Shown: one piece after another, positions 24,201-32,701 of the stretch | How the letters are laid out: the number at the start of each line of letters is the position of its first letter | Position numbering within the stretch: position 1 is the stretch's first letter | Source of the DNA: an uncultured Rhizobium sp. | Lineage (GTDB): Bacteria; Pseudomonadota; Alphaproteobacteria; Rickettsiales; UBA1997 | Length of the DNA: 55,362 nucleotides | Direction: 5' to 3' | Assembly (NCBI GenBank): GCA_964580715.1 | Contig: CAZOKU010000004.1 | Coordinates: forward strand, 1-55,362 | Notes under the pieces: generated by a model | What the model saw: only the letters and a program-made list of their open reading frames with translations | The model's database searches: none | Told to the model about the DNA's origin: nothing | Made by a program: the position numbers and the translations under genes

Positions 24201-24763
24201 TAATTGATATCAATACTATTGACTTTCAAAAATTCTATAAACCCAATCAAATCATCATGCAACATCAATTGATTTATATCACTAGTTGCTCTTAAAATCC
24301 TTTGCCCAGGAATAACTCTTGGAATAGGACCAGAACCAACGCCCGCACCAGCTCCAGCCATCACTTCTTCCACCACCACATCATCAAATAATTTCGCATT
24401 ACTAATCAACCTACCCCTAGAAGACCTAACATTTCCAATGATTTTTACAATATCTAATTTTAGTTTTGCTGAATCAATAATAATCTGTTTAACTATGTTA
24501 ATCTGATTGCTTTTTGCTGCAGTAACAACTGATTCTAAGAACAATTCTTCAAAATCATTAAATTTTTTATCTCTTTTAAAAATTCTAAGAGCTTTCTGAA
24601 ATATTTCTGAATTTTCTTGAATAAGTTGAATTAAAATCAGCGAATTATTTTCTTTTTCCTCTTTTCTGAATAAGCTGCTAATAATTATTTTTATTTCTTC
24701 TCTTGTTAATTCAAGAAAACTTTTCGGCTCTATTCCATTAGCTGCTAATAACCTTGTTAACAA
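18272..24763 (-). CDS. Giant ankyrin-repeat protein (2163 aa) built from about four ~500-aa super-modules
   Basis: Dozens of ANK units (e.g. LLHIAV..NLDLV.FLL..GADINA). Recurring non-ANK blocks: PECNLELRNKxGxAAFDC...LLKKNPHA...CIEYGIGR. TTG start with the SD-like sequence AAGGGGG 6 nt upstream. Confidence 0.85.
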   Translation of the reverse strand: MLTRLLAANGIEPKSFLELTREEIKIIISSLFRKEEKENNSLILIQLIQENSEIFQKALRIFKRDKKFNDFEELFLESVVTAAKSNQINIVKQIIIDSAKLKLDIVKIIGNVRSSRGRLISNAKLFDDVVVEEVMAGAGAGVGSGPIPRVIPGQRILRATSDINQLMLHDDLIGFIEFLKVNSIDINYVDDLGNSILINAAIFNAKNIVKFLTLQSSCNLEILNKEGKAAFDCESEDISNLIWSAIIERNVSAKKFREVLRKREKTNLKPELLKLIKSESFDDLKKFILVNFDSINDKYINGQNLLHIAVKMRNLDLVNFLLLVCADINAENDLKDTALSIAVENGSEEIVKTLVESDQINLHKVYRNGFDVLDLARFSGNANILKLIESKIKSGSERFLDIEYLRKEIEIIRGKEASLDKTKSELEIQIKNLIFRWLIKAIQQRDLECFVSIFKEYNKEYIDVNIKDRSGNSILMYAAEAGHGSIEIVRFLISNPECNLELRNKKGIAAFDCRNDYIAMMIKNQILIRQTQPIIERLKAKGFDDEYFFNVLKKNPHAKNKENLNLLDICNRYGDIEGLQTCIEYGIGRNEVISHPHIIFGSKIKNNLWFYEPDYVSAIPIEGSIEDLQLFMDKNLMHSRYHYIIENAEGINFLMWFCKHGRSDLLEFYLQKMIPILSKKDKIDILNKQDDFGLSAIHHAVKANSIECLKILVKTEAHYINFQELLLDCSKDSKICQFLFEDIFEGGETLLHFAVRKKDIDLVRLLIEKGIDVSYRNVLEESALDIAVQNGLNEIIEIIVMSNPKVSSYNKGDEEALNIFNYARWFTNISTINFLSKCVDKKIKQFISEVNIIGLIQFLETSNLDINHLDDKGNSILILAANNSNKQAEILVRYLISRPECNLELRNIYGKAAFDCENDYIANLIIKKIISRAAYPIIIELKSLGCISDEHFELLKKNPHAQNEDGFNILMICLSNGYYKLLEECIKIGIGGEKLNDQIVRFENKITGTRKILTLMDVAFSDNYRIQVSELNRVRCIKLLFKYGFDIRYDYEKLGSDNKIKINSPIYVLGDFALGKLDKWIKLHVHIKDSEQYQEIEGLCGDISNLLRKTSEKSSLELEVDSGLMPIFQRLPRRTESLKNDIIRALESCDPGMLETHLKKASQTNIIEILNVIDNCGNNLLHNAIYFYYSDSNTLRNENNFILCIEMIISAGVDANARNSRNYSPKDLILEYEPSKESRIKKFFCNLSEVESRIHDGKTVFSITNGTEEQYHYSRESKILLQNIREFDNIELIKFALVKIDSINEEYLYRDNLLHIAAKIKNLDLAKLLLKIGININARNFLGQTALHIAVQNGSEAMIKLLLTHPEISLMMRDLQGFNILELEKCHGNINIIKLIRNKLGILESPEDRKYYAAEDEIKFSVDDVDSVFDIEEVGAVAGAGAGAGADIQSPKGNVSYNQNIKQLILSNDFIGLQKFLAENSISINYQNGSGDSILMLAARAEAEDIVTYLIAQPECQLELRNKHGKAAFDCNNHDISMMIKNQIIINAAQPIISRLYDRGMIDGSFLSLLKKDPHARDYEGRNFLQICVINEDPEALKFCIEYGIGRRIYNCKIESTDSLMSLIAGGSIKNNQDNFLLCIKLLVESCGANIWDKSSSGLTVLHKAVKCGYDKVIKYLLSLEPFPDSQNSGFWNSYRNIKEFILLKTSPSRTGDRALDAIEISAKEVEGAVTNRATYQKIRNMLKASLESSTMLEEECKKRYEESELRRFCIIGNVLRSSSRVSDCVIPEKKTEFGKKIKSKSLGNLSDQEDLDGRNILILACIKYDTKLLDILLEERKALNKEELLLDIFLEERKALNKEELSKKDVYGLSAIHYLVEGYIQSGNRGILKYIKRLAMAGADINAKDSLGRTAVHMAFENLLGHNKKDMCKKIFDCFASLPQFDISAIDDRGLDVSQYLDRSKLDGFEKSVIDQIAVQREKKWMTKPEYLRQDNITELLKEGNNRALKRMLMMDTSLVNTLFAAEETLLHLAVRTKNIKLVSFLIKLGINVDSKSSVMETALFIAVCNGCEEIVDILLQCSGVDLKTPYPDPAMKENGFERISILEFSKCLGNINITRLVERAVIERKSGAGAGSSSVMEGEIAGTIINPMEGVGVVERNGIVH
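19180..19281 (-). repeat. 51-bp tandem duplication inside the ankyrin gene (LLDI(L/F)LEERKALNKEEL x2)
   Basis: 19180-19230 and 19231-19281 are nearly identical by direct reading. Confidence 0.85.
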
Positions 24764-24774
24764 ATTTTACCCCC

Positions 24775-25890
24775 TTAAGAAACCACCACCAAATTATCAA
24801 TATGAACCAATTCTGTTTTGGCCTGATCGCCCAAAATTTTTTTTACTTCAGAGGAATTTTTTTCTAAAACTTTTTTTAGCTCCAAAGCATTGTAATTACT
24901 GATTCCACTAGCTATGTGATTGCCTTCTTCATCTTTGATAAAAATCGCCTCACCTTTTTTAAAATCGCCAGATAAAGCAACAACGCCAATTGGCAAAAGG
25001 CTAACTTTTTTATTCAACAAAGCTTCTTTTGCAAATTTATTTACAACCACCTCACCCTTCGCGTTCAAAAGCCCAGCCAGCCAATTTTTACGTGATTTTT
25101 TTGCAGATTTTTCTTGCTCAAAAATTGTAAAATTTTGTTGGTTTAACATCAATTTTCTAAGTGAATCAAGTTCAATTCCGCTGGTTATCACAGTTGAACA
25201 ATTGCTAAAAGCTGCAATTTTTGCCGCTTTAATTTTTGTGATCATGCCACCAGTTCCAACGGCAGAACCAGCACCACTAGCCATCTCCTCAATTTCTTTA
25301 GTAATTTTTGTTACTTCTGAAATTAATTTCGCATCTTTTTCAACGCGCGGATTTTTATCATAAAGCCCGTCAATATCAGAAAATAAAATTAATAAATCTG
25401 CTGAAATCATTTGTGCCACCCTTGCCGCAAGGCGATCATTATCCCCAATTTTAATTTCATCAACCGCCACTGTGTCATTTTCATTAATCACTGGAATGAT
25501 TTGATTTTGCAATAAAGTCTCAATGGTTTTTTTAGAATTAAGATAACGATCACGCACATTACAATCAGACAAAGTCAAAAGAATTTGCGCCACATCAAGA
25601 TCACAGCTTGCGAAAGCATCGCGATAATTTGCCATTAATTTTATCTGCCCAATTGCAGCAGCAGCTTGCTTTTCAGGAAGAGATAATTTTTCCTGACCCT
25701 TTTTTAAAACACTTCGACCAAGAGCAATCGCACCAGAAGTAACCACCACAATCTCAATCTTTTTTTTAATTAACCAAGAAATATTTTCAGCAAAATTCTG
25801 CAACCATTCCTTACGCAAGCGCCCATTTTCAACTAAAAGCGATGATCCTATTTTTATTACCAATCTTTTTTTATTTTCTAAAATAGACAT
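24775..25890 (-). CDS. proB: Glutamate 5-kinase with C-terminal PUA domain
   Basis: KRLVIKIGSSLL...VVVTSGAIALGR...ENDTVAVDEIKIGDNDRLAARVA...GTGGMITKIKAAKIA. Confidence 0.92.
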   Translation of the reverse strand: MSILENKKRLVIKIGSSLLVENGRLRKEWLQNFAENISWLIKKKIEIVVVTSGAIALGRSVLKKGQEKLSLPEKQAAAAIGQIKLMANYRDAFASCDLDVAQILLTLSDCNVRDRYLNSKKTIETLLQNQIIPVINENDTVAVDEIKIGDNDRLAARVAQMISADLLILFSDIDGLYDKNPRVEKDAKLISEVTKITKEIEEMASGAGSAVGTGGMITKIKAAKIAAFSNCSTVITSGIELDSLRKLMLNQQNFTIFEQEKSAKKSRKNWLAGLLNAKGEVVVNKFAKEALLNKKVSLLPIGVVALSGDFKKGEAIFIKDEEGNHIASGISNYNALELKKVLEKNSSEVKKILGDQAKTELVHIDNLVVVS

Positions 25891-25891
25891 T

Positions 25892-26875
25892 TTAACTTTC
25901 CAAACCTCGCTTATTGCGTTCTTTTATAACCTTTTTTTCATAAATTTTGTTATTCAGCAACGGCACTGGATAATTATCAAAACTATCCTGACCTTTTAAA
26001 ATATAAACCACCACCGCACGATTTTCTGGCTCGCGAGCACCATCTTTAGTGATGATGTCTGGCAAATCTTCTCCAAGCGAGCGGAATTGCACTATCGATT
26101 CTGTAATTCCGTTATTCACCAAATAATCCCTCACCAATTTCGCCCTTCTTAAAGCAAGATTTTTATTGTAAAGATTATCACCCACGCGATCAGCTTTGCC
26201 AACCACCAAAACCTTATAATCAGTTTTTAAACTAGATAAATAGTCCAGAATTTTGATGATGTCTGCCTCACCTTTATTGTTAAGTTGACCACTGTTAAAA
26301 GCAAAAAACACTTCATAATATTCAAATTGCGGCTCTTTTATAACCACTTCTGGCTTTGGCTCTTGCTTTGGATTGTCGATGTAATTTTCAATTTCTTCGA
26401 GCAAAATTTTGAATTTGCTTTTGCATTGCGCTAAGTTACTAACTTTAAAAACTTCTTTAACCTCACGAGAGGCAAAGCAGTCATAAAGATAGGTCAAATG
26501 CGCCAATTGTATTGGCATTTCATTTTTTAATTGCGGGGTGTTTAAAACCGCTTCCAACCTCTTTTGCATCATCACAAATTCTTCCATCTGCAAAGAATCA
26601 GCGCCCCAAACTAAAGGATTTTCCGGCACCACATTTTGTCCATTTGCAACAGCTAAACCCTTGTCAATAAAGTGTTCTGCAACTTTTTGTTGATTTGCTT
26701 TGATTAAATTTTTGGAAAATTCAAGATATTCTAAAGCCAAATATGAATTATAATCAGCTCTAGACTTAAGAGAGGACTGCCTTGCAGAAAGTTGATCAAT
26801 TTTTCTAGCGCCACCACAAGAAGTGATGAAAGAAAATAGTAAAACTACTAAAAAAACCTTCATCCTTCTTGTCAT
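25892..26875 (-). CDS. OmpA-family lipoprotein
   Basis: Lipobox LFSFITSC. C-terminal OmpA-like domain: VVGKADRVGDNLYNKNLALRRAKLVRDYLVNNGI. Confidence 0.75.
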   Translation of the reverse strand: MTRRMKVFLVVLLFSFITSCGGARKIDQLSARQSSLKSRADYNSYLALEYLEFSKNLIKANQQKVAEHFIDKGLAVANGQNVVPENPLVWGADSLQMEEFVMMQKRLEAVLNTPQLKNEMPIQLAHLTYLYDCFASREVKEVFKVSNLAQCKSKFKILLEEIENYIDNPKQEPKPEVVIKEPQFEYYEVFFAFNSGQLNNKGEADIIKILDYLSSLKTDYKVLVVGKADRVGDNLYNKNLALRRAKLVRDYLVNNGITESIVQFRSLGEDLPDIITKDGAREPENRAVVVYILKGQDSFDNYPVPLLNNKIYEKKVIKERNKRGLES

Positions 26876-26891
26876 AGCGTAAAAAATTTAA

Positions 26892-28475
26892 TTAACTATT
26901 CATAGATTTGAAAAAATCTTCGTTAGTTTTACTATGGTCAATTTTTTGAAGCAAGAACTCCATAGCTTCAACTGGATTCATCGGATTAACAATACGACGC
27001 AACATCCAAACCTTTGAAAGAGTAGCGCGCCCAACCAATAATTCTTCTTTTCTGGTTCCTGATTTTGTAATGTCAATTGCTGGGAAAATTCTTTTATCAG
27101 AAATTTTACGATCCAAAACAATCTCAGCGTTACCAGTTCCTTTAAACTCTTCAAAAATCACCTCGTCCATTTTTGAACCAGTGTCAATCAAAGCAGTTCC
27201 GATGATGGTCAGTGAACCACCTTCTTCAATGTTACGCGCTGCACCGAAAAATCTTTTTGGTTTTTGCAAGGCATTAGAATCAACACCACCAGTTAAAACC
27301 TTACCAGATGAAGGAATCACCGTGTTGTATGCACGCGCCAAACGAGTGATCGAATCAAGAAGAATAACCACATCTTTTTTTGCTTCAACCAAACGGCGAG
27401 CCTTTTCAATCACCATTTCTGCAAGCTGCACGTGACGAGTTGCTGGTTCATCAAAAGTTGAACTAACCACCTCACCTTTCACCGTTCTAAGCATGTCGGT
27501 AACCTCTTCTGGACGTTCATCAATCAAAAGCACAATCAAAGTAACTTCTGGATGATTTGAGGTGATTGAATGCGCAATATTTTGCATCAAGGAAGTTTTA
27601 CCAGTGCGCGGCGGAGCCACAATAATCGCACGCTGACCCTTACCAAGCGGTGCGATCATATCGATAATTCTGGTGCTCACATCGTTATTTAGCGGTTTAT
27701 CTTCTTCAAGATTTAACTTTTGTTGCGGATAAAGCGGCGTTAAATCGTCGAATAAAACACGGTTTCTAATTTTGTCTGGCGAACCAAAGTTAACCTCGTT
27801 AACTCTTAACAAAGCGAAATATCTTTCACCTTTTTTTGGAGCGCGAATTTGACCTTTAACCGTGTCCCCTGTGCGCAGACAGAATCTTTTAATTTGACTT
27901 GGAGAAACGTAAATGTCGTCTGAACCTGGGAAATAATTGGTTTCAGGGGCTCTTAAAAAACCAAATCCGTCTTCTAAAACCTCTAAAACACCCTCACCAA
28001 TAATAACATTTTCAGGGCTTTGGTCAGAAAAATTCTTTAATATGTGATAAATGATGTCTTGTCTGCCAAAATCGCCTATATTGTCCAAACCATGGTCTTT
28101 AGCAATGTCAATTAAAGCCTCTGCAGATTTTGATTTAAGAAATTTTAATTCTAAAGTTTTGCCACTGCCCTTTTGTTGATCTAAGCGGCTTTCATCGTCT
28201 TCAGAAGCTTCACTTTCAGAAGCAGAATTGTTAACAACAGGCGCTTTTTCAGCAGCAGAACCATTGCCACGGCTGATTAAATTGCCAGTGTGCAAACGGC
28301 TAGATTGTTCATAATTTTTACCATAATTTTTGGTCGCTGTACGCTTTTGCTCTGTTGCAGAGCCTTCTTTTGCTTCAGAAACATTTTGCTCTGAATTTTC
28401 TTGATTATTCTCACCCGAAGCACGGTTCTGACTAGAACCATAGCGCAAAGTTAAAGTTGAAGATGAAGATGACAT
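26892..28475 (-). CDS. rho: Transcription termination factor Rho with a ~105-aa low-complexity N-terminal extension
   Basis: Walker A PPRTGKT, a CSD-like region (FGFLR...[16 protein letters not shown]) and the full ATPase core. The N-terminal S/N/Q/E-rich segment precedes the usual LK...AL..IA...G start. Confidence 0.92.
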   Translation of the reverse strand: MSSSSSTLTLRYGSSQNRASGENNQENSEQNVSEAKEGSATEQKRTATKNYGKNYEQSSRLHTGNLISRGNGSAAEKAPVVNNSASESEASEDDESRLDQQKGSGKTLELKFLKSKSAEALIDIAKDHGLDNIGDFGRQDIIYHILKNFSDQSPENVIIGEGVLEVLEDGFGFLRAPETNYFPGSDDIYVSPSQIKRFCLRTGDTVKGQIRAPKKGERYFALLRVNEVNFGSPDKIRNRVLFDDLTPLYPQQKLNLEEDKPLNNDVSTRIIDMIAPLGKGQRAIIVAPPRTGKTSLMQNIAHSITSNHPEVTLIVLLIDERPEEVTDMLRTVKGEVVSSTFDEPATRHVQLAEMVIEKARRLVEAKKDVVILLDSITRLARAYNTVIPSSGKVLTGGVDSNALQKPKRFFGAARNIEEGGSLTIIGTALIDTGSKMDEVIFEEFKGTGNAEIVLDRKISDKRIFPAIDITKSGTRKEELLVGRATLSKVWMLRRIVNPMNPVEAMEFLLQKIDHSKTNEDFFKSMNS

Positions 28476-28665
28476 TTAAAAGTTGATTGGTTGTAGATCG
28501 GATTTAAAAAAACTACAAAATTTTGGAAAAAGAAACTAATTGAAAGTAAGTTGAAACTGCTGAAATGGTGTCTTAGAAACTTCATTAACCCGCATGACGG
28601 AAAAAAGAAGTGAGAGCAATTATCCATAGTTTTTTTTATTTGTCAACTAGAAAACCACAGGTTTC

Positions 28666-31600
28666 TTATTTACGATTGCTTCCTGCGCCCATGCCTCTGG
28701 CTGTAGTGGTAGGTTTTGCTACAGTACTGGAAGGTTGAACTCTTGGGTTTGATCCGGCACTGCTTCCAGCTCCAGCGCCACTTCCAGCACCCGCCTCTGG
28801 AGCAGATTTTGAACTATCAAAAATCTTGACAGAATCATCTTCTAACACGAATTCCACTGCTGTAAAATCTTCAAACCTATCTACTGCACCTTCATCACCC
28901 GCAAGAGCTGGCTTCGGTTTTTGAAAACCTGGAAAAACTCCTGGAAACACTTCCAAAATTCCATCCAATACCACTTCCTGCTCTATTTTGTCTTGAGAAT
29001 ATACACTATTATGACTAAAAATTTCTTCTAATTTCTTAGTATCACATAATTGATTAAAAGCTTCAGATAGTGCTATAAAAGCGGGATCTTTACTTAAACG
29101 ACAAGCAATATCACTCAAACAATACTCAAGCTTATACTTATGCATTCTACTTATTTCAAGAAAGACTTCAATATAACCTAATGGCTGAGAAAAGAAGAAA
29201 TTGAATACTTCTTTTAAATCATTTGTATTTAAATGAGGCATAAAAGTATCAACTTTATGAGATTCCTCTATGGCATTATAAATATGTTTTCTGAATCTAG
29301 CTAGATCAGCTCTAAGAGGTTTCACAACTTCAATCTTGTTTTCTATTACTCCATTATCAATAAGAAAACCTATAAAATTATCTTCTGCCTTTGGAATCGA
29401 TGTTGCAGGAAATAAGAATGGAATAATATTTGCAAAAAATAAAAATTTTTTATGTTTATCAAAAAATAAACCTACATTAGTTATACCTTTACTATAACTA
29501 TATGATGAATTTCTTGGTTTATTGAATATAGTAAGATCTAAACTAGTATCTCCGACTTTAATAAAAAGTATATTGCCCCTAGTAATATTTGGTCTACCTG
29601 GTGTTTCTTCATAACAGTGAATAAACGATTCTCCATCATGAAAATTAGTAGACTCAAACAATGTAGGAAAAACCCTTAAAACTTGCACCTGTATACCAAA
29701 TTTTCTAAACAAATAATGTGCATTTTGAATCTCATATGGATCTTGAGTGAAAGGCTTAAGAATTATAAATTTGCTAGCCTTACCAATTAAACGAGTACTT
29801 AAGAGTTCTCTCATAACTTCCTCCATAGCAATAATGCTTGCAGGCTTTGATAATGGCGAATCCATTAATCGCAACTCATTTGATAGTCTAGTTTCTGATC
29901 CATAAACATTCATTCCATATCGTTTGGCCTGTTTAACAATATCCACTAAAAGAGATTCTTCGTCTTCCATTACAACTCTTATGCCTTTCTCTACTGACAT
30001 TAAATATTGAATAAGACTTTCTGGCATATAATCTTTACTGCCAGAAAGATATTTATTGATTTGATCTTGCCATACTGAATCGATTGGAATTGGTATGAAT
30101 ATAACACTATATCCTTTATAAACCAGATCCGCCATGTTATAATGAATAAAATTTAATGCTTCATATGACAAACCTTGAACTTCAAAAGGTTTTTCAAAAT
30201 CACTTAGTTTAGACTCATCATAACCTCGAATGAAAGGGTTAAGAATTAAAGATTTGCTATTATCTATACCAACAATCTTTTTGACTTCTTCCTTCACTTC
30301 CCTCATAGCATTAACGATTTCAGGATCTGATAAATCTGATCGCGAATCTTCTAATACTCTGGTTTCTGATCCACAAACCTTCATTTTATATAGCTTTGCC
30401 TGCTTAATAATACCCACTAAAAAAGATTCTTCGACTTTTCTTACAACTCCTACACCTCTCTCTACTGAGATTAAAAGTTTCATAAGACTTTCTGGAATAT
30501 GTTTTTCAATGTCAGTAAGATAGCTATTGATTTGATCTTGCAATGAGGGATCGACTGGTTCATTATTTTTAATGGCAGTAAGATAGCTTTTGATTTGCTC
30601 TTTAAATAAGGAATCGACTGGAATATCAGCAGTAAGATAGCTATTGATTTGACCTTGCAATGAGGGATCGACTGGAATTGGTATGAATATAGACTCATAT
30701 CCTTCAGCATACAGATTATCCATGTTCAAACAAATAAGCCATAATGATGTATGTAGAGGACCGTTAAATTCAGTAGATTTTGCAAACTTAATTCTTCCAG
30801 AACTACCAATTGCTTTGAGATAATCTTGATCTTGTTGTTCTCTATCCAATAACGCTTTTTGTGCTTTCAAAAATAAGTTTAATTTGTTTTTGAAGATTTC
30901 CATTGAACAACCGAAGATGGATCTTGATTCACCAACAAATGAAAGCACCCCATTTAGTGATTTTGAAGCAAGACTTAAAGCCTTACTTAGTTCTTCTAAA
31001 TTCTTAATTATATAACCATTATTTCCTTCAAAAATCTGACTCAATGGAATTCCATTAATAGTCAAATTATTGAATATTTTTCCATAAGTTAATTCCAAGA
31101 TTTGTTTTAAAAATTTATTACGCGCAATTTCTGCAAGAGAAACCGTTACTAGTGTTAATTTTGACTCTTCTTGAATAATAATTATTCCTCCATACCCCTC
31201 TTCTTTTACCGTTCTCTTCAATAATTCAATTCTATCTGCAAACTCACGGTCTGTTGCACTTCTTTCATTATTAAAAATTAAATAAATTTGTAAAACTCCA
31301 CCATAACCAATGCCAAACTTAATTACTTTTCTCTGCAATGTAGGATTAAGCTCTCTTCCTCTTTGGTAAAAACGATCACCTTTTGCTCTTCTTGCTTCAG
31401 AACTATCTGATTCCTTTAAGCTCTGCAAGCTAACAATTTCCTCTTTTGGTTTGATAGGACGCAAATACTGTGGACCTATAGGTCGTTGTGGAGCTAGTAT
31501 TAGCTCAACATCTGGCCCTTTCGATGAAGCAACCACTGGCTCTTGCACATCAATTTGCTTAAACTCCGTGAATATTCTATCATTACTTTGTCTAACTTCA

Positions 31601-32532
31601 TATCCTGTCAATCCTACACCCTTAAGGGCACTATGAATTGGCTCTAAAATAAAACTTGTTTCATTTTGAATAATCTTAACAAATGCCTGTAAACTAGCAT
31701 AATCAAACCATTCTTTTGGAATTGCTTCAGATCTAAAATCAAATTTTGAATATCTAGCATAAAATTTCACTTCATTTTCCAATAGTTTTTCTTTTCCCTC
31801 TAGCTCTTCTATTTTCAAACCTATTTCTCTTAATTGCTTTTTTTTAGCATCACCCTCTGTTTTTGATAGTTTTCGTGATAGCATAACAGTTGATAATGCT
31901 TCCTTATTTTTTAATAATTCTTCTTTTAAAGAAGCTATAATTTTCTTTTTTCCTTCTTGTATCTCCTCTAATTTTCTTTTTATATCAATTATTTTTTGAT
32001 CAACTTTTTCACTTTGAGAGTTACCTGTTGGATTTATGTAAGAAATATGAAATTCATTACCAAATTTTTTAATAAAAAATAACTCTAAATTTGCTTTTAT
32101 TTTTGATTTATTTATAATGACACTCTGACTAAAATCTTCTTCACATATAATCAAATGTTGCAGCACATCGTAAAAACCTAATTTTGATATATTTTCTTCA
32201 ATATTTGCTTTGCTTGTAATCTCATCGTCAAATAATACACAAAATTTGGTTGGAATAGATTCTATCCTAGCATAACTTCCAGCTCCCAAAAATTCCGCAT
32301 CTCCAGTTTTTGTTCCTGTTCCAGCACCAGCCCCTGCTCCAGCTTTAGCCGATGGTTTAGCTGCTTTTCTTTTTGTAGAAAAACCTTCTGGACTTTCTAA
32401 TTGTCTGACAAAGTCTTCAACTGATAGATTAAGCTTTATTAAATCCCTTAGATTTGTGATATGCTTTCTTGTTGTACCATCATCATTCAACTTCAAGAGT
32501 CGTCCTAATTGTTTTCTTTGCACTAAATCCAT
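28666..32532 (-). CDS. Large orphan protein (1288 aa) with an internal ~230-aa duplication and (Gly-Ala)n segments near both termini
   Basis: Long uninterrupted ORF. Duplicated blocks: NMDNLYAEGYESIFIPIPVD...VERGVGVV...QAKLYKMKVCGSETR versus NMADLVYKGYSVIFIPIPID...VEKGIRVV...QAKRYGMNVYGSETR. No known domain recognised. Confidence 0.6.
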   Translation of the reverse strand: MDLVQRKQLGRLLKLNDDGTTRKHITNLRDLIKLNLSVEDFVRQLESPEGFSTKRKAAKPSAKAGAGAGAGTGTKTGDAEFLGAGSYARIESIPTKFCVLFDDEITSKANIEENISKLGFYDVLQHLIICEEDFSQSVIINKSKIKANLELFFIKKFGNEFHISYINPTGNSQSEKVDQKIIDIKRKLEEIQEGKKKIIASLKEELLKNKEALSTVMLSRKLSKTEGDAKKKQLREIGLKIEELEGKEKLLENEVKFYARYSKFDFRSEAIPKEWFDYASLQAFVKIIQNETSFILEPIHSALKGVGLTGYEVRQSNDRIFTEFKQIDVQEPVVASSKGPDVELILAPQRPIGPQYLRPIKPKEEIVSLQSLKESDSSEARRAKGDRFYQRGRELNPTLQRKVIKFGIGYGGVLQIYLIFNNERSATDREFADRIELLKRTVKEEGYGGIIIIQEESKLTLVTVSLAEIARNKFLKQILELTYGKIFNNLTINGIPLSQIFEGNNGYIIKNLEELSKALSLASKSLNGVLSFVGESRSIFGCSMEIFKNKLNLFLKAQKALLDREQQDQDYLKAIGSSGRIKFAKSTEFNGPLHTSLWLICLNMDNLYAEGYESIFIPIPVDPSLQGQINSYLTADIPVDSLFKEQIKSYLTAIKNNEPVDPSLQDQINSYLTDIEKHIPESLMKLLISVERGVGVVRKVEESFLVGIIKQAKLYKMKVCGSETRVLEDSRSDLSDPEIVNAMREVKEEVKKIVGIDNSKSLILNPFIRGYDESKLSDFEKPFEVQGLSYEALNFIHYNMADLVYKGYSVIFIPIPIDSVWQDQINKYLSGSKDYMPESLIQYLMSVEKGIRVVMEDEESLLVDIVKQAKRYGMNVYGSETRLSNELRLMDSPLSKPASIIAMEEVMRELLSTRLIGKASKFIILKPFTQDPYEIQNAHYLFRKFGIQVQVLRVFPTLFESTNFHDGESFIHCYEETPGRPNITRGNILFIKVGDTSLDLTIFNKPRNSSYSYSKGITNVGLFFDKHKKFLFFANIIPFLFPATSIPKAEDNFIGFLIDNGVIENKIEVVKPLRADLARFRKHIYNAIEESHKVDTFMPHLNTNDLKEVFNFFFSQPLGYIEVFLEISRMHKYKLEYCLSDIACRLSKDPAFIALSEAFNQLCDTKKLEEIFSHNSVYSQDKIEQEVVLDGILEVFPGVFPGFQKPKPALAGDEGAVDRFEDFTAVEFVLEDDSVKIFDSSKSAPEAGAGSGAGAGSSAGSNPRVQPSSTVAKPTTTARGMGAGSNRK

Positions 32533-32701
32533 GTCAACAACAAATTATTATCAAATATTTATCTGCTTTATACCACTTAAAGCTGTATGTTTTTAATACA
32601 GTATATAATTTTTTGTGATATACAAGATATTTTTATTGCATAATATAAAAATTATCCTAGTTGGACCGAAAAAATTTAGTGTATCGTAATAGCTTTGAGA
32701 A

